Assembly (NCBI GenBank): GCA_017937685.1
Contig: JAGBDD010000238.1
Location: forward strand, 1,166-65,165
DNA length: 64,000 nucleotides
From: Thermoguttaceae bacterium
GTDB lineage: Bacteria > Planctomycetota > Planctomycetia > Pirellulales > Thermoguttaceae
Reading direction: 5' to 3'
The notes beneath the pieces were generated by a model. That model saw nothing but the letters and a program-made list of their open reading frames with translations, searched no databases and was not told where the DNA came from. Position numbers and translations under genes: made by a program. This document shows, one piece after another, positions 50,877 through 60,300 of the stretch (position 1 is the stretch's first letter; each line of letters starts with the position of its first letter).

Positions 50877-52432
50877 GAGAGACTCTCCTTTCCTTCAATA
50901 TTCTTCTGCAAGTTGCGCAGTTCGGCGAGAACGTCGCGATTCTTTTTCGGCGCGCCCTTCAAGCCGCCGACGATCGACGCGACCGTTTCGTTTTCGGACA
51001 GCAAATCGACGCCGAGCGCCGACGCTTCGAGCAACGCTTTGCGACGTCGCGCCGCTCGAACGCGTTCCCGTTCGCCGTCCGCCGCGTCGCCGTTTGGTTC
51101 GTCGTCTTCGGTCGAATCGAGCGAGTCGATCGCGAGCAAGTCGAACAACGTCGGGAGTTCCGGTCGAAAATCTTTCTCTTCCGCCGCGGCGCGCAACGCT
51201 TCGGCGACTTCCGCTTCGTCGTCGTTGCGCCGTCGATTTTCCAGCGCGCGCTTCGCTCGTTCGCAAGCGACCCAATCGCGCAATTCCTCGGAGAAAAAGC
51301 CCTCGACGTCGATTTTTTCGCTCGGATTCTCCAAGTAATAACGGAGCATTCGCAAATAATCGCCTAAAATCGTCTGCCGCTCGAACAGTTCTTCCGGCGC
51401 GCTCTCCGGAACGGTCGGGACAAAGTCGACGGAGTAAACGACCGGCGCCGTTTTCCCGAAATCGGCGCGCAAATCGCGAAGGAGCGCTTGCGCGAGCGTT
51501 CCGTATCGAAGCGCTTGAAACGCCGGTTCTTCCGCGTCGACTCGCCAAGAGACGAGCCAAATGTCGCCCTCGGGAGAACGTCCGGCGAACGCCGCTTCCT
51601 CGGTCGCTTTTTCTTGAATCGCTTTCAGTCGGGAGCGCGCTTCGTTCAAAATCGCCTCTTCGGTCTCCTCCGACTTAACGACGAGCGTTTCGGTCGACCA
51701 ACGTAGCGGCGACGTTCGAAACGGCGTCGCGGTCGTTCGCCCCGACTCCGCGACTTCGACCAACGTCGCGCCGAAATCGCCGGTTTCCTCGAAGTTGCGC
51801 GCCAGCGTCGACCCGGCGTAAACGGCGAGCGACGGACTGCGCGAAATCGTTTCGCGAACGCGACTTCCGCCGAGCGCCCAATACCGAACCGCGTCGCTCT
51901 TCAACGCTTCGCTCGGGAGCTGTCCGTTAAAAACGCCGATCGTGTAAAGGTCGTCCGCGCCTTCGACCGACTCGACGCCGCCGCGAGGCGCGACGCCCGC
52001 TTTCCCCCAGCTCGTTCCGAGAAGTCGCGCGACCGGAACGCCTTCGCGAACGAAGAACGTTTCCTCGACCGTTCCGACCGGGAAAATCCGAACGTTGTCC
52101 GGGAAGCGGAACGCGGCCGGAACGACGTCCGGCGAGTCGTTTTTCCCGGCGGCCCAATAAACCGCGATTTTTTCCGACGCGAGCCGCTCGAACTGCTCGA
52201 TCAAAAAGAGAAGCCCCCAAGGCCCGGTTTCGCGCGGAGAAAGCAGGTCGCCGCTCAAAACGACGAAGTCGACCTTTTCCTTAAGCGCCGTCGCGACCAA
52301 CCGCTCGACCGCGACGCGGGGCGCGTCGAGAATCGCGCTTTCAAGGCGCTCCGGACATTCCGAAAGACCGTCGACCGGAAGTTCCAAACGGAAATCCGAC
52401 GCGTGTATAAATCGAAAGGCTTGCGACGTCAT
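50873..52432 (-). CDS. SbcD/YhaO-like metallophosphoesterase-fold protein with degenerate catalytic motifs
   Basis: 519 aa, collinear with the 12059..13492 protein, but the motifs read FIHASDFRLE, VLSGDLLS, AAGKND, GVFNGQ, ALGGSRV. Translationally coupled to the ATPase gene. Confidence 0.8.
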   Translation of the reverse strand: MTSQAFRFIHASDFRLELPVDGLSECPERLESAILDAPRVAVERLVATALKEKVDFVVLSGDLLSPRETGPWGLLFLIEQFERLASEKIAVYWAAGKNDSPDVVPAAFRFPDNVRIFPVGTVEETFFVREGVPVARLLGTSWGKAGVAPRGGVESVEGADDLYTIGVFNGQLPSEALKSDAVRYWALGGSRVRETISRSPSLAVYAGSTLARNFEETGDFGATLVEVAESGRTTATPFRTSPLRWSTETLVVKSEETEEAILNEARSRLKAIQEKATEEAAFAGRSPEGDIWLVSWRVDAEEPAFQALRYGTLAQALLRDLRADFGKTAPVVYSVDFVPTVPESAPEELFERQTILGDYLRMLRYYLENPSEKIDVEGFFSEELRDWVACERAKRALENRRRNDDEAEVAEALRAAAEEKDFRPELPTLFDLLAIDSLDSTEDDEPNGDAADGERERVRAARRRKALLEASALGVDLLSENETVASIVGGLKGAPKKNRDVLAELRNLQKNIEGKESLS

Positions 52433-52792
52433 ATTGCGGCTCTTCCCTTGGGGATTCTGTGAATTTTAGCGGTTATTGCAATTAGGCGAAATATCAGGGC
52501 AAACGCGCGTTTTCTCGACTCGAAAACCGACTTTTCGCCGTTTACTATTGTACCTCAAAACCGGCTAAAGAGAAATTTATTTTGCTCGGAAATCGCGAAA
52601 ATTTCTCGCTCGCAACCGCAAAAGAAACAAGAAATGCCGGTTTTAACGGTTGCGCGTCAAACCGGTGTCGTCCCGACGCCGACGAAAGCGCCGAACGTCG
52701 GGAAAACTCGCGTCGCGACGTTTCAAGAAACCGCGACGTTTAGGCAAGCGCCGCCGACTTTAACGCCGACGACGCGTCGAGCGTTTCCGCCC

Positions 52793-54826
52793 TTATTTCG
52801 TCAAGTTGGCGACCTGTTCCGCCGAAAGCGCCCAAGTGAAAATCCGAGCGCGGACGACCGACCCCTTAAAGAACGCCGTTCCCTTGCCGTCTTTGCTAAT
52901 GTCGGCGCCGACGCAAAACGCTTGCAGCTTTTCGTCGGTCGGGTGCGTCAGTTTTCCCGACTTTTTCTTGCGGGCGACTTCCTTGCCGTCGACGTAAAGA
53001 ATCAGCGTTTCGCCGTCGTAAGTCCCGAAAACGTCGTAAAATTTCCCGACTTCGATCGGCGTCGAAAGAATCTCGTACTTTCCGTCGATACTCGCCCAAA
53101 ATTCGAGCGTTTGGTTCTTGCCGTTGATTTCGAACGAAACGCCGCGTCCTTCGGTGTTGGCGAAGACGTCCGCGGCGCCGCTCGAAAACGCGTCGAGCTT
53201 GAACTTCGCGGCGATCGTTCCGCGACGCAGTTTCGCATAATCGCGCTTGTCGAACTTAATTTTAAGATAATCGTCTTTGCCGTTGAAAATTCCGCGAACG
53301 AGCGGGTAAACGGCGAACGTTTGCTTCCCGAAAACTTCGACCGCTTTTTGCGTTTCGAGCCCGTTCGTCGGCGCGTTGACCCAACGCGCCTTGCCGTCGA
53401 CGTATTCGACGCGAACGTCGAGCATATTCGCTTCCGGCGCCGCCGCGTTTTTGTCGACCGTTTCGGTCGGGTCGACCGGAGTCTTAATCTCGACTTCAAG
53501 CGACTTATCGCTTTCCTTAAAGAACGGGTTCAACGCCGAAACGCGCAGTCGGTACGTCGCGTCGTCGTCGAGTTCCGCAAGCTCGACCCGCATCGTCTCC
53601 GGCGCGTCGAGGAAGTAATATTCCGACCAAAAACGCTCTTCGCCGAACGGTTTCCAAGCGCCGTCCGCCTCGCGGCGCTCTATCGCGACGCGGTACGAGT
53701 GAACGACGTCGGCGCAGGTCGCCTGCGGAAACTCGAGCGTCGCGCCGTTCGTAAACAATTCTTTGCAAACAACTTGCGCGCCTTCCGACCAAACCGGCTT
53801 TTCTGACGTCTTGTAACGTTCGTCGGTGTAGAGGTATTCTTCGACCGCGCCCGGTTTCGCAACGACGTAAACGAAATCGAAAAAGGCGTTCGTGCGCAAG
53901 TCGTAAGGCTTTAAAACGACGGAGTTATCGCGTCGAACTTCGACGACGTAAAACTCGGCGGCTTCGCGGTAACCTTTCGGGAATTTGTCGTATTTCCCGC
54001 CTTCGCCCCCCATTTCGTAATAGCTGAGCGTCGCCGTGCCGAACGCGGTGAAGCGGCCCTGCCAAGCGGAGCGCGGGTCGGCGATCGGATAGTGCGAGTG
54101 CCCGGAGAAATTAATGACGTTCGGGTACTTTTGCAACGGTTCGTAAAGGTCTTTAATACCCCAGTTATCGTCGCCGCGACTCCCGTAAACGGTCGGCGTG
54201 ATATGATAGTGTTGAAAGACGAAAATCGGCTTGCTCGGATCGGCTTGCGACGCGGCGTCAAGCTCCTTGTTCACCCAATCGAGCGCGTACTTGTAATCGC
54301 CGTCGCGGCAGGTTCCCTTCTCCGGCGAAATCGCGATGAAGCGGAACCCGTTGACTTCGTAAACTTTATTCGCCGGAAGCCCCATAACCTTTTCCCAGCG
54401 TTCCTTTTGCGGCGCCGGACTGTAGAACTCGTGGTTCCCCATGCAGATTACTTTTTCGGTTCCCGGCTTGACGCATTCGTCGAGCGTCTTTTTGAAGAGC
54501 GTAATTTCTTCGTCGTAACCGTGATCGGTCATGTCGCCGGCGACGAGAAGCGCGTCGAATTTCGGGTAATTTTGCTTCGCCGAATAGTCGTACATAAACG
54601 CAACGGCCCGTTGAAAACGCTCGCGTTCGGCGCAGTCGGCGTTCTTTTTGAAGTGAATATCGCTCATTGCGGCGAAGCGTAACACGACGTCGTTTTCGGC
54701 GGCGTCGGCGGCGGCTTCGTAAGCGGAAAAAACGCGACTCGGAAGGCAAAACGCAAGCGCGCTCAAAGCCCCGCCCTTCAAGACGTCGCGACGAGAAACG
54801 GATTTCGAACAAATAGCGGAACGCAT
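52793..54826 (-). CDS. Tat-exported metallophosphoesterase fused to a C-terminal LamG/concanavalin-like domain, tandem paralog 1
   Basis: Tat signal VSRRDVLKGGALSALAF. Motifs FAAMSDIHF, VAGDMTDHG, MGNHEF, FQHYH, SGHSHYP. The C-terminal ~200 aa have LamG-like features (FCVGADI...FKGSVVRARIFTWALS). Confidence 0.8.
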   Translation of the reverse strand: MRSAICSKSVSRRDVLKGGALSALAFCLPSRVFSAYEAAADAAENDVVLRFAAMSDIHFKKNADCAERERFQRAVAFMYDYSAKQNYPKFDALLVAGDMTDHGYDEEITLFKKTLDECVKPGTEKVICMGNHEFYSPAPQKERWEKVMGLPANKVYEVNGFRFIAISPEKGTCRDGDYKYALDWVNKELDAASQADPSKPIFVFQHYHITPTVYGSRGDDNWGIKDLYEPLQKYPNVINFSGHSHYPIADPRSAWQGRFTAFGTATLSYYEMGGEGGKYDKFPKGYREAAEFYVVEVRRDNSVVLKPYDLRTNAFFDFVYVVAKPGAVEEYLYTDERYKTSEKPVWSEGAQVVCKELFTNGATLEFPQATCADVVHSYRVAIERREADGAWKPFGEERFWSEYYFLDAPETMRVELAELDDDATYRLRVSALNPFFKESDKSLEVEIKTPVDPTETVDKNAAAPEANMLDVRVEYVDGKARWVNAPTNGLETQKAVEVFGKQTFAVYPLVRGIFNGKDDYLKIKFDKRDYAKLRRGTIAAKFKLDAFSSGAADVFANTEGRGVSFEINGKNQTLEFWASIDGKYEILSTPIEVGKFYDVFGTYDGETLILYVDGKEVARKKKSGKLTHPTDEKLQAFCVGADISKDGKGTAFFKGSVVRARIFTWALSAEQVANLTK

Positions 54827-54964
54827 AAACGGCCCCTCTCGTGAATCGTAAAACGTTTAATAAAGCGAATTAAAATAACGAAAACAAAGAACGAAAAACA
54901 AGGCGAGCGTCGAAAACGCCGTCCGACGCCCGCGGAAAACATCAAACGCAAATGTTTGCCGCCG

Positions 54965-56992
54965 TTACTTTTGCGACAAGTTCGCGACTTGTTCCGCCGT
55001 CAAGGCCCAACTGTAAAGACGGGCCCAAGCGACGCGCCCCTTGAAGAACGTGTTCGGCTTTCCGTCCGGCCCAATGTCGCCGCCGACGCAAAACGCTTGC
55101 GCTTGTTCGACTTGCGAATGCGTCAAACGTCCTTTGACGTCGAGTCGCGCCGCTTCTTTGCCGTCGACGTAAAGGACGAGCGACGCCCCGTCGTAAGTCG
55201 CGAACGCGTCGACGTATTTTCCGGTTTCGACCGGCGCGCGCAGGATGCGGTACTGGCCGTCGACGCTCGCCCAAAGCGCGAGTTTGCGTTCTTTAGAGTC
55301 GACGTTAAAACCGATTCCGCGCCCTTCGGTGTTCGAGAAAATAACGCCGTTGTTCGGCGTAAATTCGTCGAATTTGAAGCGAACGCCGAGCGACGCGTTC
55401 GTCAGTTTGGCGTAATCGCGGCGGTCGAACTTGATTTTGAACGCGTCGTCGGCGCCGTCGAACGCGGCGGCTTGCGCTCCGTTAAGTTCTTTTTCCGCGA
55501 CGATTTGCGGAGCGCCGAACGTCTCGACCGGCTTTTGCGTTTCGAGCGCGTTCGTCGGCGCGTTGACGACTTTCCCGTCGACGAACGAGACGGCGAGCAT
55601 ATTCGCGTCCGGTTTCGGCGCGTTCTTGTCGACCGTGTCGAACGGGTCGATCGGCGTCGAAAACTCAATTTCAAGGGACTTATCGCTCGAACGCAGGAAC
55701 GGGTTTTGCGCGAAAATTCGAGCGCGGTACGACGCCGCGTCGGCTAAGTCGGCCAACTCGATTTTCATCGTCTCCGGAACGTTCGAGAAGAAGAAATACG
55801 ACCAAAAACATTGCGTTCCAAAGGGTTCGAACGCGCCGTCTTTCCCGCGTTTCTCAATTTCGACGCGGTACGAGTGAACGACGTCGTCGCAAACCGCTTG
55901 CGGAAACTCGATCGTCGCGCCGTTCGGAAACGTCTCTTGACAAACGACTTGCGTTCCGTCCTTCCAAACCGGCTTAACCGACGTCTTGAAACGTTCGTCG
56001 GTGTAAACGTAACTCTCGACCGCGCCCGGCTTTGCGACGACGTAAGAAATATCGTAAAAGCGTTCGGCGGTCAAGTCGTAAGGTTTCAAAATTACCGAAT
56101 TGTCGCGGCGAACCTCGACGACGTAGAATTGCGCGACCTCTTCTTTTCCGGCGGGATAGCGTTCGAGCCCAAGCCCTTCGTGTCCGACGCAAAGATAACT
56201 AAGCGTTCCGGTGTTGAACGCGCTGAAACGCCCTTGCCAAGCGGAACGCGGGTCGTTGACCGGATAGTGCGAGTGCCCGGAGAAGTGAACGACTCGCGGA
56301 CGTTTATTCAACGCTTCGTAAGTATCTTTCACGCCCCAGTTATCGTGCCCGCGACCGCCGTAAACCGTCGGCGACACGGGGTAGTGATGGTGAACGAAAA
56401 TCGGCTTTTCCGGGTCGGCGGCTTCGGCCTCGGCGAGCGCTTTTTCGAACCAGTCGAGCGCGTACAGGTAATCGCCGTTCGCCATCGTGCCCTTTTCCGG
56501 CGACAGCGCGATAAACCGGAAGCCCTTCGCTTCGCAAACGTTGTTCGCGGAAACGCCGAACGTCTTTTCCCACAACGGTTTTGAACCGCCCCAAAACTCG
56601 TGGTTCCCCATGCAGATACTGAGTTTCGTCTCCGGTTTCAGGCCCTCGTCGAGGCATTTTTTGAACGTTCCGATTTCCTCGATAATCCCGTGGTCGGAAA
56701 TGTCGCCGGCGACGAGCAGGAGGTCGAACGTCGGGTATTTTTGCTTCCCGGAGTAGTCGTACATAAACTCGAGCGCGCGCTTAAACCGAGCGACTTCGCG
56801 GACTTTCGGGTCTTTTTTGAAGTGAACGTCGCTCATCGCGGCAAAGCGTAACACGACGTCGTTTTCCGCCGCGTCCGCCGCCGCTTCGTACTTCGCGAGA
56901 AGTCGGTTCGGAAGGCAAAGGAGACCGGTCGCCGCCGCGGCGCCGCCTAAGAAAGAACGTCGAGTGAAACGGGAAAGACTCTTTTCGGACAT
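54965..56992 (-). CDS. Tat-exported metallophosphoesterase-LamG fusion, tandem paralog 2
   Basis: ATG 56992 with a GGGAG RBS. Tat signal FTRRSFLGGAAAATGLL. Motifs FAAMSDVHF, VAGDISDHG, MGNHEF, HHHYP, SGHSHYP, and a LamG-like C-terminus. The TTG 57034 track start was rejected. Confidence 0.8.
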   Translation of the reverse strand: MSEKSLSRFTRRSFLGGAAAATGLLCLPNRLLAKYEAAADAAENDVVLRFAAMSDVHFKKDPKVREVARFKRALEFMYDYSGKQKYPTFDLLLVAGDISDHGIIEEIGTFKKCLDEGLKPETKLSICMGNHEFWGGSKPLWEKTFGVSANNVCEAKGFRFIALSPEKGTMANGDYLYALDWFEKALAEAEAADPEKPIFVHHHYPVSPTVYGGRGHDNWGVKDTYEALNKRPRVVHFSGHSHYPVNDPRSAWQGRFSAFNTGTLSYLCVGHEGLGLERYPAGKEEVAQFYVVEVRRDNSVILKPYDLTAERFYDISYVVAKPGAVESYVYTDERFKTSVKPVWKDGTQVVCQETFPNGATIEFPQAVCDDVVHSYRVEIEKRGKDGAFEPFGTQCFWSYFFFSNVPETMKIELADLADAASYRARIFAQNPFLRSSDKSLEIEFSTPIDPFDTVDKNAPKPDANMLAVSFVDGKVVNAPTNALETQKPVETFGAPQIVAEKELNGAQAAAFDGADDAFKIKFDRRDYAKLTNASLGVRFKFDEFTPNNGVIFSNTEGRGIGFNVDSKERKLALWASVDGQYRILRAPVETGKYVDAFATYDGASLVLYVDGKEAARLDVKGRLTHSQVEQAQAFCVGGDIGPDGKPNTFFKGRVAWARLYSWALTAEQVANLSQK

Positions 56993-57093
56993 TGCGCAAA
57001 CTCCCGCCGCCGACGCGGTTGCGTCGCGGCGCAAATCGAGAGGAACGTTAAAAAAACGCGAAATACTTTTCGCCGATTTCCGGCGCCGCCTCC

Positions 57094-57122
57094 ATTATAC
57101 CGCGTCGAAAACGCAAAAACAA
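57094..57122 (-). promoter_or_regulatory. Sigma70-like promoter candidate (TTGTTT-17 nt-TATAAT, minus strand) for paralog 2
   Basis: Minus-strand -35 at 57122-57117 and -10 TATAAT at 57099-57094, about 100 nt upstream of ATG 56992. Confidence 0.35.
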
Positions 57123-57204
57123 GAGCGAAAGCGCGATTTTCAAAATTTCGCGCCGTTTTTTTTCGCGCCCGCCTTAAGAACGAAACGCAAGCGCCGCGGT
57201 CGCA

Positions 57205-57258
57205 AGAAAAAGAAACGACGCGACGCCGAAAAAATCGACGCCGCGTCGTTTCTTAATT
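57205..57258 (-). terminator. Intrinsic terminator downstream of the metalloprotease gene
   Basis: 12-bp stem AGAAACGACGCG (57211-57222) pairs with CGCGTCGTTTCT (57242-57253). On the minus strand it is followed by TTTTTCTT. Another hairpin (GGTTCGCG...CGCGAACC) lies closer to the stop. Confidence 0.65.
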
Positions 57259-57333
57259 TTTCGTTCGACGCTCGGTTCGCGACGCTTCGTTTTACACGAC
57301 GCCGCGAACCGTTCGTCTCAACCTAACTCGTTA

Positions 57334-60300
57334 TCAAAGAACGCGTTTCGCTTCGAGCGCTTGATCGATGCGTTCGAGAAGATTTTCCAAGTGCGCGCGT
57401 TCGTAAGAACCGGCCGGAACGCCGGCGTCGATCGTCGCTTCAACGTCGGCGCGAACGGCGCGCATTTGCATACGAGCCAAGGCGCCGAAGTCGGCGGAAC
57501 CGGCGGCGGTGGTGGTCGTCGTGGCGAAGTCCGCAAGTCGGCTCAGGTAAACGCGTTGCAAGTTGCGGCGCGTCGACGAAATCGTCAGTTTCGGCAACTC
57601 TTGACCGTCCTTGCGATCTTTCGTCGCTTTGGCGGAATCGGCGATTTCCTTGAAGATCGCGGCGCCGAGCGAGTCGATCATTTCCGCGCTCGTGAAGACG
57701 TCTTCGCCCGCCGCGACGCGGAGTTCGGCGTCGGCCAAGTGGCTCAGCGTCGTCGCCGAGAGAATGCGGTTCAGGAGCGAGGTTTGCCAAGCCAAAATCG
57801 TGCCGTGAACGTCCGTGTCGTAACGATCCGGAATGCTCGAACCCCAGTGATTCCAACGGTTCGGAGCGAGGTAGTTGAACATATTGTCCGGGATTTGGTA
57901 CGAGTCGACGCCGAACGCTTCCTTGCAGAGGAGTTCCATCGCTTCGCGTTGTTTCGCCGCCGGAGCAACGACGAACGGCGCGCGGGCGTTTTCGTCGCCT
58001 TTGAAATCGCGGTTGATCGAGACGCCGCCGATGAAACGCGCCGCGAACGTCAAACCGTTGTTTTTCCACGACGTCAGCATATTGAAGCGAGCGCGGAGAC
58101 GGTTGTAGCTTTCGCCGTCTTTAACGATGCGGTCGGTCAGGCCCGGCATCAATTGCGACACGAGTTCGCAACGGACTTTCGCGTATTCGATCGGGTCGGA
58201 GCCGAGATCCCAAACGTTGGCGTAGGGGTCGCAGGTCGAGCCGTAGGTGTCTTCGTCGGTGAGGTAGTTGAGTTCCGGCTTCGTTTGCATCGCGGCCAAC
58301 TTCTTCAATTCCGGAACTTCCGTTTCGGTCGTTTTGCCCGGGAAGACGCGGTAACCGTATTCGATAACCCAGAAGTCGTAGTCGCCGAGGCGGTACGAGA
58401 AGTAGTCGCCTTGCTTTTTGCCCTTCGGCATCACGTTGATCGGGGCGTATTCCATAATCGAACCGACGAAACCGCGGTCGTCCCAAGACTTCGAGTTGAT
58501 TTCTTCGAGCGAGTGGAGCGCGCTTTGCTTGAAGTTGTGGCGCAGACCGAGCGTATGGCCGACTTCGTGCGTAACCAGCTGTTTCAAGCCTTGCTCGATC
58601 ATCTTTTTACGTTCGGCTTCGTGTTTCGCTTTATTTTCTTTTTTCGTCGCTTCGGCTTTCGCGGCGGCTTCGGCGGCTTTCTTCGCTTCTTCCGCTTTCT
58701 TGGCTTCTTCGGCCTTGGCGGCTTCGGCGGCCTTCTTGGCTTCCTCTTCCGCTTTCTTTTCGGCTTCCCAAGCCTTCTTGACTTCTTCGGCCTTGGCGGC
58801 GGCTTCGGAAGCGACGCGCAACGCTTCGTCGGCCTTGGCTTTAGCTTCGTCGACTTTCGCGGTCAACTCGGCTTTGACGGCTTCGTCGGCCTTGGCGAGT
58901 TCGTCGGCGAGTTTCTTCGCTTCTTCTTGCGCTTTCGCGGCGGTTTCGGCGGCGAGGCGAGCGGCTTCTTCCGCGGCTTTCTTCGCTTCTTCTTGCGCTT
59001 TCGCGGCGGCTTCGGCGGCTTTCGCGACGGCTTCTTCCGCGGCTTTTTTCGCTTCTTCTTCGGCGGCTTTCGCGGCTTCGGCGTTCGCGGCGGCGTCTTC
59101 CGCGGCGGTTTCGTCGGCGATCGCCATCACGTCGAAGAACGTGTTGGCCAAGCCGAACTGTTGCGAATAGAAGAGTTCCGTATCTTCTTCCGCGAAGCTC
59201 TTACGGGAGTTGTAAGTCCCTTCGGCCATCGCCTTTTGGAACGCTTCCTCGGCGGACGCGCCGGAAAATTTGTCGGCGAGTTCCTGCGGCGAGTAAAGGT
59301 CGAATTGGCGATTCCAGCTGGTGAGGAACCCGACGGTCAAAACGACGTCGGCGTCGAGAATTTGACCGGTCGTCGGGTTGACGCGGCGCGGGCCGATCGC
59401 AAACCCGGTTTGCGAAACGCTCCAGCGAATCGTGTTGTAATTGACGTCTTCCGGATCCCATTCGTCGTTGTCTTCTTGTTGACGGACTTCGACGGCGTCG
59501 TAGAAACCGGCTTGCTCGAACGCGCGGTTCCATTCCAAAATACCGTCGCGCAAGAGTTTGCGATATTGGTGCGGCGTCGCTTTATCGAGCCAGAAAACGA
59601 TCGGCTTTTTCGGGAGCGATTTTTCCGCTTCCGGCTCGAGCTTTTCGAGTTGCCAACGGTCGATGTAGCGCTTGAAGTTGCCGTCCGGCGAAAGGTCGCT
59701 GACGTCGCAAATCGCCGAGTTAAAGTACCCGACGCGTTCGTCGGCGTAACGCGGTTTATAACCGGTATCCTTAAGGCGGCTGATCGAATAGTGGATATTA
59801 ATCGTAACGCCGCGGGTGTCGATAACCGTGTCGCTCGAACCGGCGCGCCCGCCGTAAGTCGCTTCGACTTCGATTTCAACGTTGTCTTTGAGACCTTTGA
59901 TCGACTCCCAACGCGAACGGCTGCGGTCGAACGAGAAACCGCCCAACGCTTGCGACGAAACGTTCGGCAAGGTATCGCTCATGAAGAGATTCGTAACGTC
60001 GATAACGTAACCGCCTTGCGGGCCGCGAGCGACGATCGGCAGGCTGAAGACGACGCTGTCGGCGTAAGCGACTTTCAACGCTTCGGCGTCCGGGCCCTTA
60101 TTCGCGCGGTAACGATAGTTGCGACGCAGGAACTGAATGCGGTCGCCGACTTTGCGGAAACGCCAAATCATATCGTCGCCGAAGTCCCAAGATTGACCGC
60201 CGTAAAGCGCGTCTTCCCCAATCCCGCGAGCGATCGAGATAATCATAATGTAATCGACGTCGAGCGAAGACGGGGTGATTTCCCAGAACAGGTTCTCTTT

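Noticed and set aside
46266-51338. 750-aa and 900-aa plus-strand ORFs (46266..48518, 48636..51338) across the ATPase locus
   Set aside because: Both are in-register antisense shadows of the 1512-aa ATPase gene, Arg/Phe-rich with no motifs. The minus-strand frame has Walker A/B, signature and H-loop motifs.
46338-52432. Interpreting the ATPase/phosphoesterase pair as part of a mobile defence island (Lamassu, Wadjet or Gabija-like)
   Set aside because: There is no integrase, transposase, tRNA target, composition shift or additional defence-type gene nearby, and the flanks are ordinary secreted-enzyme genes. The architecture matches the YhaO/YhaN (SbcE/F-like) type rather than any named defence system I can recognise. 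I kept it as a finding only for its degenerate nuclease and unusual tail.
58606-59120. Short-period repetitive DNA that might suggest a CRISPR array or satellite
   Set aside because: There is no repeat-spacer architecture. It is an in-frame, degenerate codon-level repeat encoding Ala/Glu/Lys low complexity inside the protease CDS.
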